64,000 nt of DNA from Chloroflexota bacterium (GCA_004297395.1 SCUO01000038.1:6154-70153); one strand, 5' to 3'. Shown: positions 47,072-55,567, counted from the stretch's first letter. Numbers and translations: made by a program. The notes: generated by a model from the sequence alone, not told the origin.

Positions 47072-47109
47072 CGGTCGAGTGTAGGTCGCGGGATCTCCGC
47101 GTGCCGCGA

Positions 47110-47139
47110 TTGACGCCTCGACCGGCTCGCCGATAGACT
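47110..47139 (+). promoter_or_regulatory. Candidate promoter of rrf2-sufCS (TTGACG - 18 nt - TAGACT)
   Basis: ttgacg at 47110-47115 and tagact at 47134-47139, located in an AT-richer patch 97 nt upstream of ATG 47236. Confidence 0.45.
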
Positions 47140-47164
47140 AATCCCGACCTTGCAGGTCGGATTT
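47140..47164. promoter_or_regulatory. 25-bp palindromic operator candidate (AATCCCGAC-N7-GTCGGATTT)
   Basis: It abuts the -10-like hexamer. The same motif, with an identical left half and the same spacing, recurs at 53381-53405 in front of sufU. Confidence 0.55.
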
Positions 47165-47279
47165 AGCCACGAGCCCGGACCGCCGCGCCGGCACCCCACC
47201 CGAGGACCGATTCCTGAGCACCCGACCCGCGTTCCATGGCTCCGGCGCCGTCGCCTTCAGTACGAAGGGCGAGTACGGC

Positions 47280-47728
47280 GTGCGGCTCATGGTCCAGCTC
47301 GGGCGGCACTTCGGGGCCGGGCCGGCCAGCCTGGCCGAGATCGCCGCCGCCGAGGACCTGCCCCGGGCCTACCTGGAGCAGCTGGCGATGGGCCTGCGTG
47401 ATGCGGGGCTCGTCGTGTCAACCCGCGGCGCCCACGGCGGCTACGAGCTGGCTCGCGACCCGGCGGAGATTCGGATGAGCGAGGTCCTCCGAGCCCTCGA
47501 AGGCCCGATCGCGCCGATGATCTGCGCCACAGACGACCCGGATCACGCGAGCACCTGCGACCGGACCTCGTCCTGCACCGTCAACTTCCTGTGGGTCCGC
47601 GTCCGGGACGCCATCGCCGGCGCCCTCGACGGCATGACCCTCGCCGATCTCGTCCCCCTGCGACCTCGACCGATCGACCTCGAGGCCCAGGCCACCCAAC
47701 CCGTCCTTGCCGGAGCCCTGAACCGACC

Positions 47729-47732
<4 letters not shown>
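47280..47732 (+). CDS. Rrf2-family transcriptional regulator with three-Cys (Fe-S type) motif; 5' end unresolved
   Basis: wHTH region: ASLAEIAAAEDLPRAYLEQLAMGLRDAGLVVSTRGAHGGYELA. Cys triad: C-x10-C-x5-C (MICATDDPDHASTCDRTSSC). The conserved N-terminal FSTKGEYGV lies in frame upstream of the first canonical start, GTG 47280. Confidence 0.8.
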
Positions 47733-48631
<899 letters not shown>

Positions 48632-48648
48632 GCGCGACCGATCGACCG

Positions 48649-49944
48649 ATGACGATCACCGCTCGACCGGACGACCCCGCGGCCGCCGGCAACCCCCGGA
48701 TCCGCGACGGCCGGCTCGTGCCCGAGGTCATCCGCGCCGACTTCCCGATCCTCGCTACGACGACCTCGAACGGGAAGCCGCTCGTCTACCTCGATTCGGC
48801 CTCCACGAGCCAGAAGCCGCTGACGGTCATCGAGGCGATGGACGAGTACTACCGCGGCTACAACGCCAACGTCCACCGCGGGATCTACGAGATCGGCGAG
48901 CGCTCCACGGCGGCCTACGAGCGCGCCCGCGCCGCCGTGGCTCGCCTCCTCAACGCGCCCGACGCCCACGAGATCATCTTCACCCGCAACGCGACCGAGG
49001 CGATCAACCTCGTGGCCTACTCCTGGGGCCGCCGGAACATCGAGCCCGGCGACGCGATCGTCCTGACCGAGATGGAGCACCACGCCAACCTCGTCCCGTG
49101 GCAGCTCCTGGCCCAGGAGAAGGACGGCGACCTCGAGTTCATCCCGATCACCGACGACGGCATCCTGCGGCTCGACGTCTTCGAGGTCCTGCTGCGGCTG
49201 AAGCCGAAGCTCGTGGCGTTCACCCACGTCTCGAACACGCTGGGCACGATCAACCCCGTCGCCGACATGACCCGGATGGCCCACGAGGCGGGCGCGCTCG
49301 TCCTGGTCGACGGCGCGCAGGCGGTCCCGCACGTGCCGGTCGACGTTCAGGCGATCGGCGCCGATTTCTACGCTTTCTCGGGCCACAAGATGGTGGCGCC
49401 CACCGGCTCCGGGGCGCTCTGGGCGCGGCGCGAGCTGCTCGAGGCGATGCCGCCGTTCCTGGCCGGCGGCGAGATGATCCGCGAGGTCCACCTTCGCCGC
49501 TCCGAGTGGAACGAGATCCCCTGGAAGTTCGAGGCCGGCACGCCGGACATCGCGGCGGCCATCGGCCTGGGCGCGGCGGCGGACTACCTCCGGGAGCTCG
49601 GCATGGGCCGCGTCCGCGAGCACGAACGCGAGCTCCTGGACTACGCCCTGCCTGCGATTGCGGCGGCCCACCCGGACCTCGCCCTCTACGGCCCGATGGA
49701 CACCTCGATCCGCGGCGGCGTGATCCCGTTCAACGTGCCCGGCGTCCATCCCCACGACGTGGCCCAGGTCCTGGACCGATCCGGCGTGGCCGTCCGAGCC
49801 GGCCACCACTGCACGATGCCGCTCCACGAACGGCTGGACCTGCCGGCCACGGTCCGGGCCAGCTTCAACGTCTACACCACCCGGGCCGACATCGATGCCC
49901 TGATCGCCGGCATCTCCGAGGTGAAGCGGGTCTTCGGGGGCTAG
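48649..49944 (+). CDS. sufS: Cysteine desulfurase, SufS (class II)
   Basis: Motifs YLDSASTSQKP, NANVHRG, FSGHKM (PLP Lys) and RAGHHCTMPL (catalytic Cys loop). Confidence 0.9.
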   Translation: MTITARPDDPAAAGNPRIRDGRLVPEVIRADFPILATTTSNGKPLVYLDSASTSQKPLTVIEAMDEYYRGYNANVHRGIYEIGERSTAAYERARAAVARLLNAPDAHEIIFTRNATEAINLVAYSWGRRNIEPGDAIVLTEMEHHANLVPWQLLAQEKDGDLEFIPITDDGILRLDVFEVLLRLKPKLVAFTHVSNTLGTINPVADMTRMAHEAGALVLVDGAQAVPHVPVDVQAIGADFYAFSGHKMVAPTGSGALWARRELLEAMPPFLAGGEMIREVHLRRSEWNEIPWKFEAGTPDIAAAIGLGAAADYLRELGMGRVREHERELLDYALPAIAAAHPDLALYGPMDTSIRGGVIPFNVPGVHPHDVAQVLDRSGVAVRAGHHCTMPLHERLDLPATVRASFNVYTTRADIDALIAGISEVKRVFGG

Positions 49945-49959
49945 CGTCGGGCCGTCGAC

Positions 49960-50364
49960 TCAGCCGACGAAGCTGACATCGACCCCGAGCCGGTCGTAGA
50001 CGGTACGCGCGCGACGATCCAGGGTGATGAGCGTCGCCCCGGCCGACAGGGCAGTCGCGCCGATCAGGGCGTCGTACGTCGCTCCACCGCTGATGCCCAG
50101 CTCGACGAGGTGACCGAGAAGGGACGCTTGCTCCGGCCCAGCGAGCACCAGCCATGGCTCCAGGAACGCCGCTGCCAGGAACTCCCGAACCTGGGCGGCC
50201 GGCGCGCGATGGGGCGGCGGCAGCCTGGTCAGAACGGAGTAGACCTCGAGAGCGGCGTGCGCGGAGATCCGCGGCGAGTCGTCGAGCAGCCGCCGAGCTG
50301 CCGGATGCGCCTCGTGCCACGTCGCATACGCCGCGATCACGACGCTCGTGTCGACGGCCTTCAG
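49960..50364 (-). CDS. vapC: PIN-domain toxin (VapC); probable non-canonical CTG start
   Basis: The first canonical start, GTG 50340, would remove the conserved N-terminal motif KAVDTSVVIA that carries the first acidic PIN residue. In-frame CTG 50364 overlaps the vapB stop (CTGA). The C-terminal block is YDALIGATALSAGATLITLD. Confidence 0.7.
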   Translation of the reverse strand: MKAVDTSVVIAAYATWHEAHPAARRLLDDSPRISAHAALEVYSVLTRLPPPHRAPAAQVREFLAAAFLEPWLVLAGPEQASLLGHLVELGISGGATYDALIGATALSAGATLITLDRRARTVYDRLGVDVSFVG

Positions 50365-50606
50365 CGCCGGACCTTCTCGAGCGTGGCCCGAACAAGCTCC
50401 GTGGTCAGTGGTGGCAGGGCCCGGTCAGGCACGGCGACGAGGTGGCCGTTCCAGTCCTCCAGGTGCATCGGCGTCGGTGGCACTTCAACCTCGATCCGGC
50501 CATCGACGGCGGTGAGCTCGAGCTCCTGGCCGCCGTACAGGGCCAGCTCCTCCCGGATTGCCTTCGGGACCACGATTCGCCCCGCGCTGTCGATGGTCGT
50601 TCGCAT
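50361..50606 (-). CDS. vapB: AbrB/SpoVT-fold antitoxin (VapB/MazE-like)
   Basis: MRTTIDSAGRIVVPKAIREEL is a swapped-hairpin AbrB-type N-terminus. It lies directly upstream of the PIN gene. Confidence 0.8.
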   Translation of the reverse strand: MRTTIDSAGRIVVPKAIREELALYGGQELELTAVDGRIEVEVPPTPMHLEDWNGHLVAVPDRALPPLTTELVRATLEKVRR

Positions 50607-50620
50607 GGTAGCAATCTACC
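50607..50620. promoter_or_regulatory. Palindrome abutting the vapB start codon (ggtag-caat-ctacc)
   Basis: It has perfect 5-bp arms immediately 5' of the ATG on the minus strand. No SD sequence is visible there. Confidence 0.35.
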
Positions 50621-50885
50621 ACGCCGCATGCCAGCGGACAGCCACGTGACCGGGATTTCAGTCGTCCGACGAAGGATGGGCCGGCGGGAGCCGTATCGGA
50701 TGCGTCTGGCCGCCGATCGGCCGATTTCTCGGTCAACCGACGGGCGGAACGGGGTTTCTCGCGACCACCTTCGTTGGATGGCCGATATTTCGGTCAAGTG
50801 CCCGCGGGCGAGCCCGGGCGGTGTCCCTCCGATACGGCGCCCTGGAGCGATGCAGTCGCCCGGACGCGAGCCGTGCCCGCGATCC

Positions 50886-52376
50886 CTACTTCGTGAATTC
50901 GAACAACGCGTCGTGGAGAACTCCGTCGTGGACGTTCAGGTGCATCGCCTTGCAGGCGTTCGCATAGCTGGTCGGTGACTTCCAGTTGACCTGGTAGTAC
51001 CCATCGCCGAGGTTCTGGAGCCCCGACGCCCCGGCCGCCACCTCCTCGAGCAGGTCGATCGTCATGCCCACCGCGCAGCTGTATGTCGTCACGGTGATCT
51101 CGGCGCTCGCGAGGTCGGTGATCGGCGCACCGGCGCTGTCGAGCAGCCGCCATTTGACCGGGATCGACTGACCCGCCTTGACTCGATTGAGGACCGGCAG
51201 AGCGTCGATCGGCTGGCCGAAACCGACGAAGTCCCACGCCTCGACCGTGATCGGCGGACCAGGCGCGATCGCGGTGGTTGTCCCGTCGACGGTCAGCGAC
51301 ACGGGCGCGCTGCCGGCGAGCCCGACGTTCTCGACGGTAAAGGAACCGTCGCCGTTGTCGGCGACACTGGCCGCGCCGCCCGCCGGGATCGAGACCACCG
51401 TCAGCCCATCGCCCAGGACGACCACGGCCCTGCCGAAGGTGACGGCGACCGTGACGCTGCCGCAAGTGCCGACCGTGGTCGTGCCGGCGTCGAGCAGGAC
51501 GGTGAAGCCGCCCGCGCACGTCAGGAGCTCGACCTGGGCTCCTGGCACCTCTGTGCCGACGGTGACGACGACCCCCTCCGCCGCGTTGGGAGCGTCGGCG
51601 ATGGTCACGGACAGCCCGTTCGTGGCCACGATCGAGCCCGACGTGGCAGGCGTCAGCGATTCATCCAGGAACGAGCCGGCGGGCGTCCCCAGGGGCTGCA
51701 GCGCATCGTCGATCCCGTCGCCGTTCGCATCCGCCGGCGAGGGCGCCGGGGTGGAACCGGGGCTCGGATCCGGCGAGGGCGCCGGGGTGGAACCGGGGCT
51801 CGGATCCGGTGTCGGCGGGGCGGACGGGGCGATGCTCGGCCCCGGGGTCATGGTCGGGACCGGGCCGATGGTCACGGTGAAGTCGCCCGAGGAGAGGAGA
51901 TCGCCGGGTGATGGAGACGTCGTGCAATCGACCGGTCCGGTGGTGACCGGCGTGTCCAGCCACAGCGTGTCCGTTCCGGGAGCATTGTCCGTGATCGAGA
52001 GCAGTCCGTAGAGCCCGGGGTCCGGCAGATGGACGCCGATCGTGGCCGTCGTGCCACTGATGAACAGGCAGGTCCCAACGCCGGCCGACGTCGGGTTGAC
52101 GCCGTCAGAGATCGAGAAGGTGCCCGTCGGCGCCGCGGTGGTGCCGTCAGTCGACAGGTTGAGGGTGACGGTGGTCGTCCCGCCCCCGACGCTGATCGAC
52201 CCGCTCCCGGAGACCTGTCCCACTGCTGACCCCGTCGCCGCCCGGACATCGCGGAGGCTTCCGGCCAGCCCGATCGTGAGGCCGACGACGGCGACCATCG
52301 CGCCAAGGGCGAGAACCTGCCACCGAACCGGGAGTGGGCGGGAAGCGCTGCCGCTGGGTGGTCGAGTACGGGACAC
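50886..52376 (-). CDS. Secreted/anchored protein with Pro-rich linker and C-terminal PxKF-like domain
   Basis: N-terminal TM/signal segment: WQVLALGAMVAVVGLTIGLAG. Pro/Ser/Thr linker: PTPDPSPGSTPAPSPDPSPGSTPAPSP. The C-terminus (FVGFGQPI...NRVKAGQSIPVKWRL...LGDGYYQVNWKSP) resembles the PxKF domain, here in a PVKW variant. Confidence 0.65.
   Translation of the reverse strand: MSRTRPPSGSASRPLPVRWQVLALGAMVAVVGLTIGLAGSLRDVRAATGSAVGQVSGSGSISVGGGTTTVTLNLSTDGTTAAPTGTFSISDGVNPTSAGVGTCLFISGTTATIGVHLPDPGLYGLLSITDNAPGTDTLWLDTPVTTGPVDCTTSPSPGDLLSSGDFTVTIGPVPTMTPGPSIAPSAPPTPDPSPGSTPAPSPDPSPGSTPAPSPADANGDGIDDALQPLGTPAGSFLDESLTPATSGSIVATNGLSVTIADAPNAAEGVVVTVGTEVPGAQVELLTCAGGFTVLLDAGTTTVGTCGSVTVAVTFGRAVVVLGDGLTVVSIPAGGAASVADNGDGSFTVENVGLAGSAPVSLTVDGTTTAIAPGPPITVEAWDFVGFGQPIDALPVLNRVKAGQSIPVKWRLLDSAGAPITDLASAEITVTTYSCAVGMTIDLLEEVAAGASGLQNLGDGYYQVNWKSPTSYANACKAMHLNVHDGVLHDALFEFTK
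51735..51806. repeat. Perfect tandem duplication of 36 bp inside the PxKF gene
   Basis: cggcgagggcgccggggtggaaccggggctcggatc occurs at 51735-51770 and again at 51771-51806 with 36/36 identity. It encodes DPSPGSTPAPSP twice. Confidence 0.9.
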
Positions 52377-52487
52377 GGCTGGACACCTCAGTAGGACGGC
52401 CGGCGAGCCGAGTGCCAGTCGGTCGCTCGCGTCCCCACGATAGTCCCCGATGGCAAGGGCAACATGCCCTCGCCGCCCCGCGGTGCC

Positions 52488-53291
52488 TCAACCGGCTTCG
52501 GAGGTTCGCCCGTGGATGCCGGCGAGGAAGTCGCGGCGGTCGCGGCGCGCGTCCGGGTGGTGCATGTCGTGCCCGGCGTCGTACAGCTTCAGTTCGACCC
52601 GCGGGTCGTCCGGGCCCGCGCCGGTCGCGCGCCTGAATGCCCAGCCCGACATCGGGGCGATGAACCAGTCGCGCTCGCCGAACTGGAGGAGGATCGGGCG
52701 CGGCGCGACCGCCCCGATTCGCTCGATGGGGTCGAGGTCACGGGTCGCGCGCAGGTAGTCGATCCGGTCCTCGGCGATCTGCCAGAAGGGCAGGAACCAG
52801 TCGCTCCAGCGGGGGGTCGCCGCGATCACGACGAGGCCCGCGACCCGCTGATCCTCGGCCGCGGCGAGAACGGCCAGCATCCCGCCGAAGTCATGGCCGA
52901 CGACCGCCAGCCGCGCCGGATCCACCTCCGGCCGGGCGACCAGGAAATCGAGGCCGGCCCGCAGCCGAGCGACCTCCCGGCCGATCTCCGCGGCGTCTTC
53001 GGCCGAGCCGGACGGGTCGATGGACCATGGGAAGCGCCCCTGCGGCAGGAGCGATACGACGCCGTCCCCGGCGAGCTCCCGGGCCTCGTCGAGGAACTGC
53101 GTTCGGTTGCCGTCCGGCGCGCTCGTCTCCAGCCAGTGCCAGAACAGGACGCCGGCGCACGACCGCTGCGGACTCGACGGAGGCGCCGGACGCGGCGTGG
53201 CACCGGCCGGTCGGACGAGGTACGCCTCGACCTCGCCGGGCGCGTCCGGGCCACCGTCGTAGCGGAGATCCTCGACCGTCGGCTCGTCCAT
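52488..53291 (-). CDS. Alpha/beta-hydrolase-fold protein (dienelactone-hydrolase-like size; Asp at nucleophile elbow)
   Basis: ATG 53291. The nucleophile-elbow-like motif is VVGHDFGG, and a C-terminal His context is GHDMHH. The substrate is unknown. Confidence 0.6.
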   Translation of the reverse strand: MDEPTVEDLRYDGGPDAPGEVEAYLVRPAGATPRPAPPSSPQRSCAGVLFWHWLETSAPDGNRTQFLDEARELAGDGVVSLLPQGRFPWSIDPSGSAEDAAEIGREVARLRAGLDFLVARPEVDPARLAVVGHDFGGMLAVLAAAEDQRVAGLVVIAATPRWSDWFLPFWQIAEDRIDYLRATRDLDPIERIGAVAPRPILLQFGERDWFIAPMSGWAFRRATGAGPDDPRVELKLYDAGHDMHHPDARRDRRDFLAGIHGRTSEAG

Positions 53292-53380
53292 CGACCGCAC
53301 TCTAGCCGGGCGAGCGGTGCCCGGCGTCACCGGCAAGGGCCCCGTCCGATCGCGCCAGTGTTCCAGGAGGGCGAATTCGC

Positions 53381-53405
53381 AATCCCGACGGTGGCGGTCG
53401 GGATT
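53381..53405. promoter_or_regulatory. Second copy of the 25-bp palindrome (AATCCCGAC-N7-GTCGGGATT) upstream of sufU
   Basis: It has perfect 9-bp arms, ends 26 nt before the sufU ATG, and has a TACACT hexamer at 53415-53420. Confidence 0.55.
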
Positions 53406-53431
53406 GACCAGTTGTACACTCGACGTTCGAG

Positions 53432-53863
53432 ATGGACGACCTCTACCGCGACTACATCCTTGAGCACTACCGGCGACCCCACAACTTCGGGGTCCTGGAG
53501 CATGCCAACGCCTCCCACGAGGGCGCCAACCCGCTGTGCGGGGACCGGATCACCCTCCAGCTGCGGCTCGCCGACGGGAAGATCGCGGGCGTCGGGTTCA
53601 CCGGCCGCGGCTGCGCGATCAGCCAGGCGTCGGCCTCGCTCCTGACGGACGAGATAAAGGGCAAGCCGGTCATGGATGCCGCGGCGATGACCTCGCAGGA
53701 CATCCTGGACCTGCTCGGCATCGAGATCTCGCCGGCTCGCCTGAAGTGCGCCCTGCTGAGCCTCGACACCCTGCAGCAGGCCCTGGCCGAGGCCGCCCAG
53801 CCCGCCCAGTCCGCCGCGACTGCCGCAGGGCCGCTGTCCGGCGTGAAGAGCCAGACCGCATGA
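53432..53863 (+). CDS. sufU: SufU/IscU-type Fe-S scaffold/sulfur acceptor
   Basis: YRRPHNFG, NPLCGD, GRGCAISQASAS and LKCALL show the SufU three-Cys pattern. Confidence 0.9.
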   Translation: MDDLYRDYILEHYRRPHNFGVLEHANASHEGANPLCGDRITLQLRLADGKIAGVGFTGRGCAISQASASLLTDEIKGKPVMDAAAMTSQDILDLLGIEISPARLKCALLSLDTLQQALAEAAQPAQSAATAAGPLSGVKSQTA

Positions 53864-54040
53864 CCGGTTGGATGCCAACCCGTCGCTCCGTGCCGGGCCG
53901 CTGCAGGTGTACGCCGCCGGCGGCCTGATCGCCGGCTGACCCGCGACCGCGTCCTCCGCGGATCGCCCCACCAATGCCTTCCCGCCCCGTCGCCGGATTC
54001 GGTGACGGCCCGTCGAACCACACCGGAGCGAGCCCCACCC

Positions 54041-55297
54041 ATGCCCAAGACCTATGCCGAGCTCCTGAAGGAGGCCAAGGCCTCCATCCGGGAGGTCAAC
54101 CCCCAGGAGGCCGAGCACCTCCGCGCCGAGGGCGTGACGTTCGTCGACGTCCGCGAATCGACCGAGTGGGACCAGGGCCACATCCCCGGCGCCATCCACG
54201 TCGCCCGAAGCTACCTGGAGCAGCAGATCGAGGCCGCCGTTCCCGACCGCAACGCGCCGGTCGTCCTGTACTGCGCCGGCGGCGTCCGCTCGGCGTTCGG
54301 GGCCCAGACCCTCAAGGAGCTGGGCTACACCGATGCCATCTCGATGAGCGGCGGCTTCCAGCAGTGGAAGGGCGCCGGGCTGCCGTGGACGACTCCGGTC
54401 GTCCTGTCGAAGGAGCAGCAGCAGCGCTACAGCCGCCATCTCCTCATTCCCGAGGTCGGCTCGGCAGGCCAGGCCCGGCTCCTCGAATCGAAGGTCCTCC
54501 TGATCGGCGCCGGCGGGCTCGGCAGCCCGGCGGCGCTGTACCTCGCCGCGGCCGGGGTGGGCACGATCGGGATCGTCGACTTCGATGTGGTCGACGTCTC
54601 CAACCTCCAGCGCCAGGTCATCCACGCCTCGGACCGGGTGGGCCAGAAGAAGGTCGCCAGCGCCCGCCAGACGATCGAGGCCCTGAACCCCGACGTGACC
54701 GTGGTGGGCCACGAGGAGATGCTCGTCGGCGACAACGTCGAGCGGATCATCGCCGGCTACGACGTCATCCTCGACGGGACCGACACGTTCGAGACCCGCT
54801 ACCTCCTCAACGACGCCGCGGTCGCGGCCGGCATCCCGGTCGTCCACGCCAGCGTCTTCCGGTTCGAGGGCCAGCTGACGACCTTCATCCCGTACGAGGG
54901 GCCGTGCTACCGCTGCCTCTACCCGACCCCGCCGCCACCCGAGCTGGCCCCCGGCTGCTCCGTCGCCGGGGTACTCGGGGTCGTGCCCGGCATCATGGGC
55001 CTGCTCCAGGCCAACGAGGTCCTGAAGGTCCTGCTCGGGATCGGGACAACGCTGGCCGGCCGGCTCCTCATCTTCGACGCCCTCGAGGCCGAGTTCACCG
55101 AGCTCAAGCTCCGCCGCGATCCTGCCTGCCCGGTCTGCTCGGACGGGGCCCGGGCCGCCCGCGAGCGGGGCGAGGCGCCGGCCCTCTCGGCCTTCCCGGC
55201 CGATGCACCGTTCGTCCTCAGCGGTGCCGGGCTCGGGGCGCTCGGTGGCAACGACGGGAACGTCGGGAACAGCGGGGCGGCGGAGGGACGAGCGTGA
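54041..55297 (+). CDS. moeZ: MoeB/ThiF-type E1-like adenylyltransferase with N-terminal rhodanese domain (MoeZ-like)
   Basis: Rhodanese domain: FVDVRESTEWDQGHIPGAIHV and the active loop YCAGGVRS. E1 domain: RYSRHL, IGAGGLGSPAALYLAAAGVG, and the Zn pairs CYRC and CPVC. Confidence 0.85.
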   Translation: MPKTYAELLKEAKASIREVNPQEAEHLRAEGVTFVDVRESTEWDQGHIPGAIHVARSYLEQQIEAAVPDRNAPVVLYCAGGVRSAFGAQTLKELGYTDAISMSGGFQQWKGAGLPWTTPVVLSKEQQQRYSRHLLIPEVGSAGQARLLESKVLLIGAGGLGSPAALYLAAAGVGTIGIVDFDVVDVSNLQRQVIHASDRVGQKKVASARQTIEALNPDVTVVGHEEMLVGDNVERIIAGYDVILDGTDTFETRYLLNDAAVAAGIPVVHASVFRFEGQLTTFIPYEGPCYRCLYPTPPPPELAPGCSVAGVLGVVPGIMGLLQANEVLKVLLGIGTTLAGRLLIFDALEAEFTELKLRRDPACPVCSDGARAARERGEAPALSAFPADAPFVLSGAGLGALGGNDGNVGNSGAAEGRA

Positions 55298-55566
55298 GCA
55301 CCGTCTACATCCCGGCCGTTCTGCGGCCGTCGGTCGGCGGGGTCAAGTCGCTCGACCTGGGTGGAGGCACCGTCGGCGAGCTCGTGCACGCGCTCCTGGA
55401 GCGCCATCCCGGACTCGGCGGCCAGCTCCTGACACCCGAGGGCGAGCTCAACCGGTTCGTCAACGTCTACGTCAACGGCCAGGATGTCCGGTACCTCGAC
55501 GGCCTGGCGACCCCTGTCGGCGAGCGCGACGAGGTGCGCCTCCTGCCGGCGATGGCGGGCGGCTGA
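55294..55566 (+). CDS. cysO: MoaD/ThiS-family sulfur carrier ending in Gly-Gly (CysO-like)
   Basis: GTG overlaps the moeZ stop (GTGA), with ggaggga upstream. The 90-aa beta-grasp protein has the C-terminus LLPAMAGG followed by the stop. Confidence 0.85.
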   Translation: MSTVYIPAVLRPSVGGVKSLDLGGGTVGELVHALLERHPGLGGQLLTPEGELNRFVNVYVNGQDVRYLDGLATPVGERDEVRLLPAMAGG

Positions 55567-55567
55567 G

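Noticed and set aside
49960-53336. Calling the block that splits the SUF cluster a mobile genetic element or genomic island.
   Set aside because: I found no integrase, transposase or recombinase, no tRNA target, and no flanking direct or inverted repeats. Only strand inversion and accessory-type content suggest insertion, so it is reported as an observation and not annotated as a mobile element.
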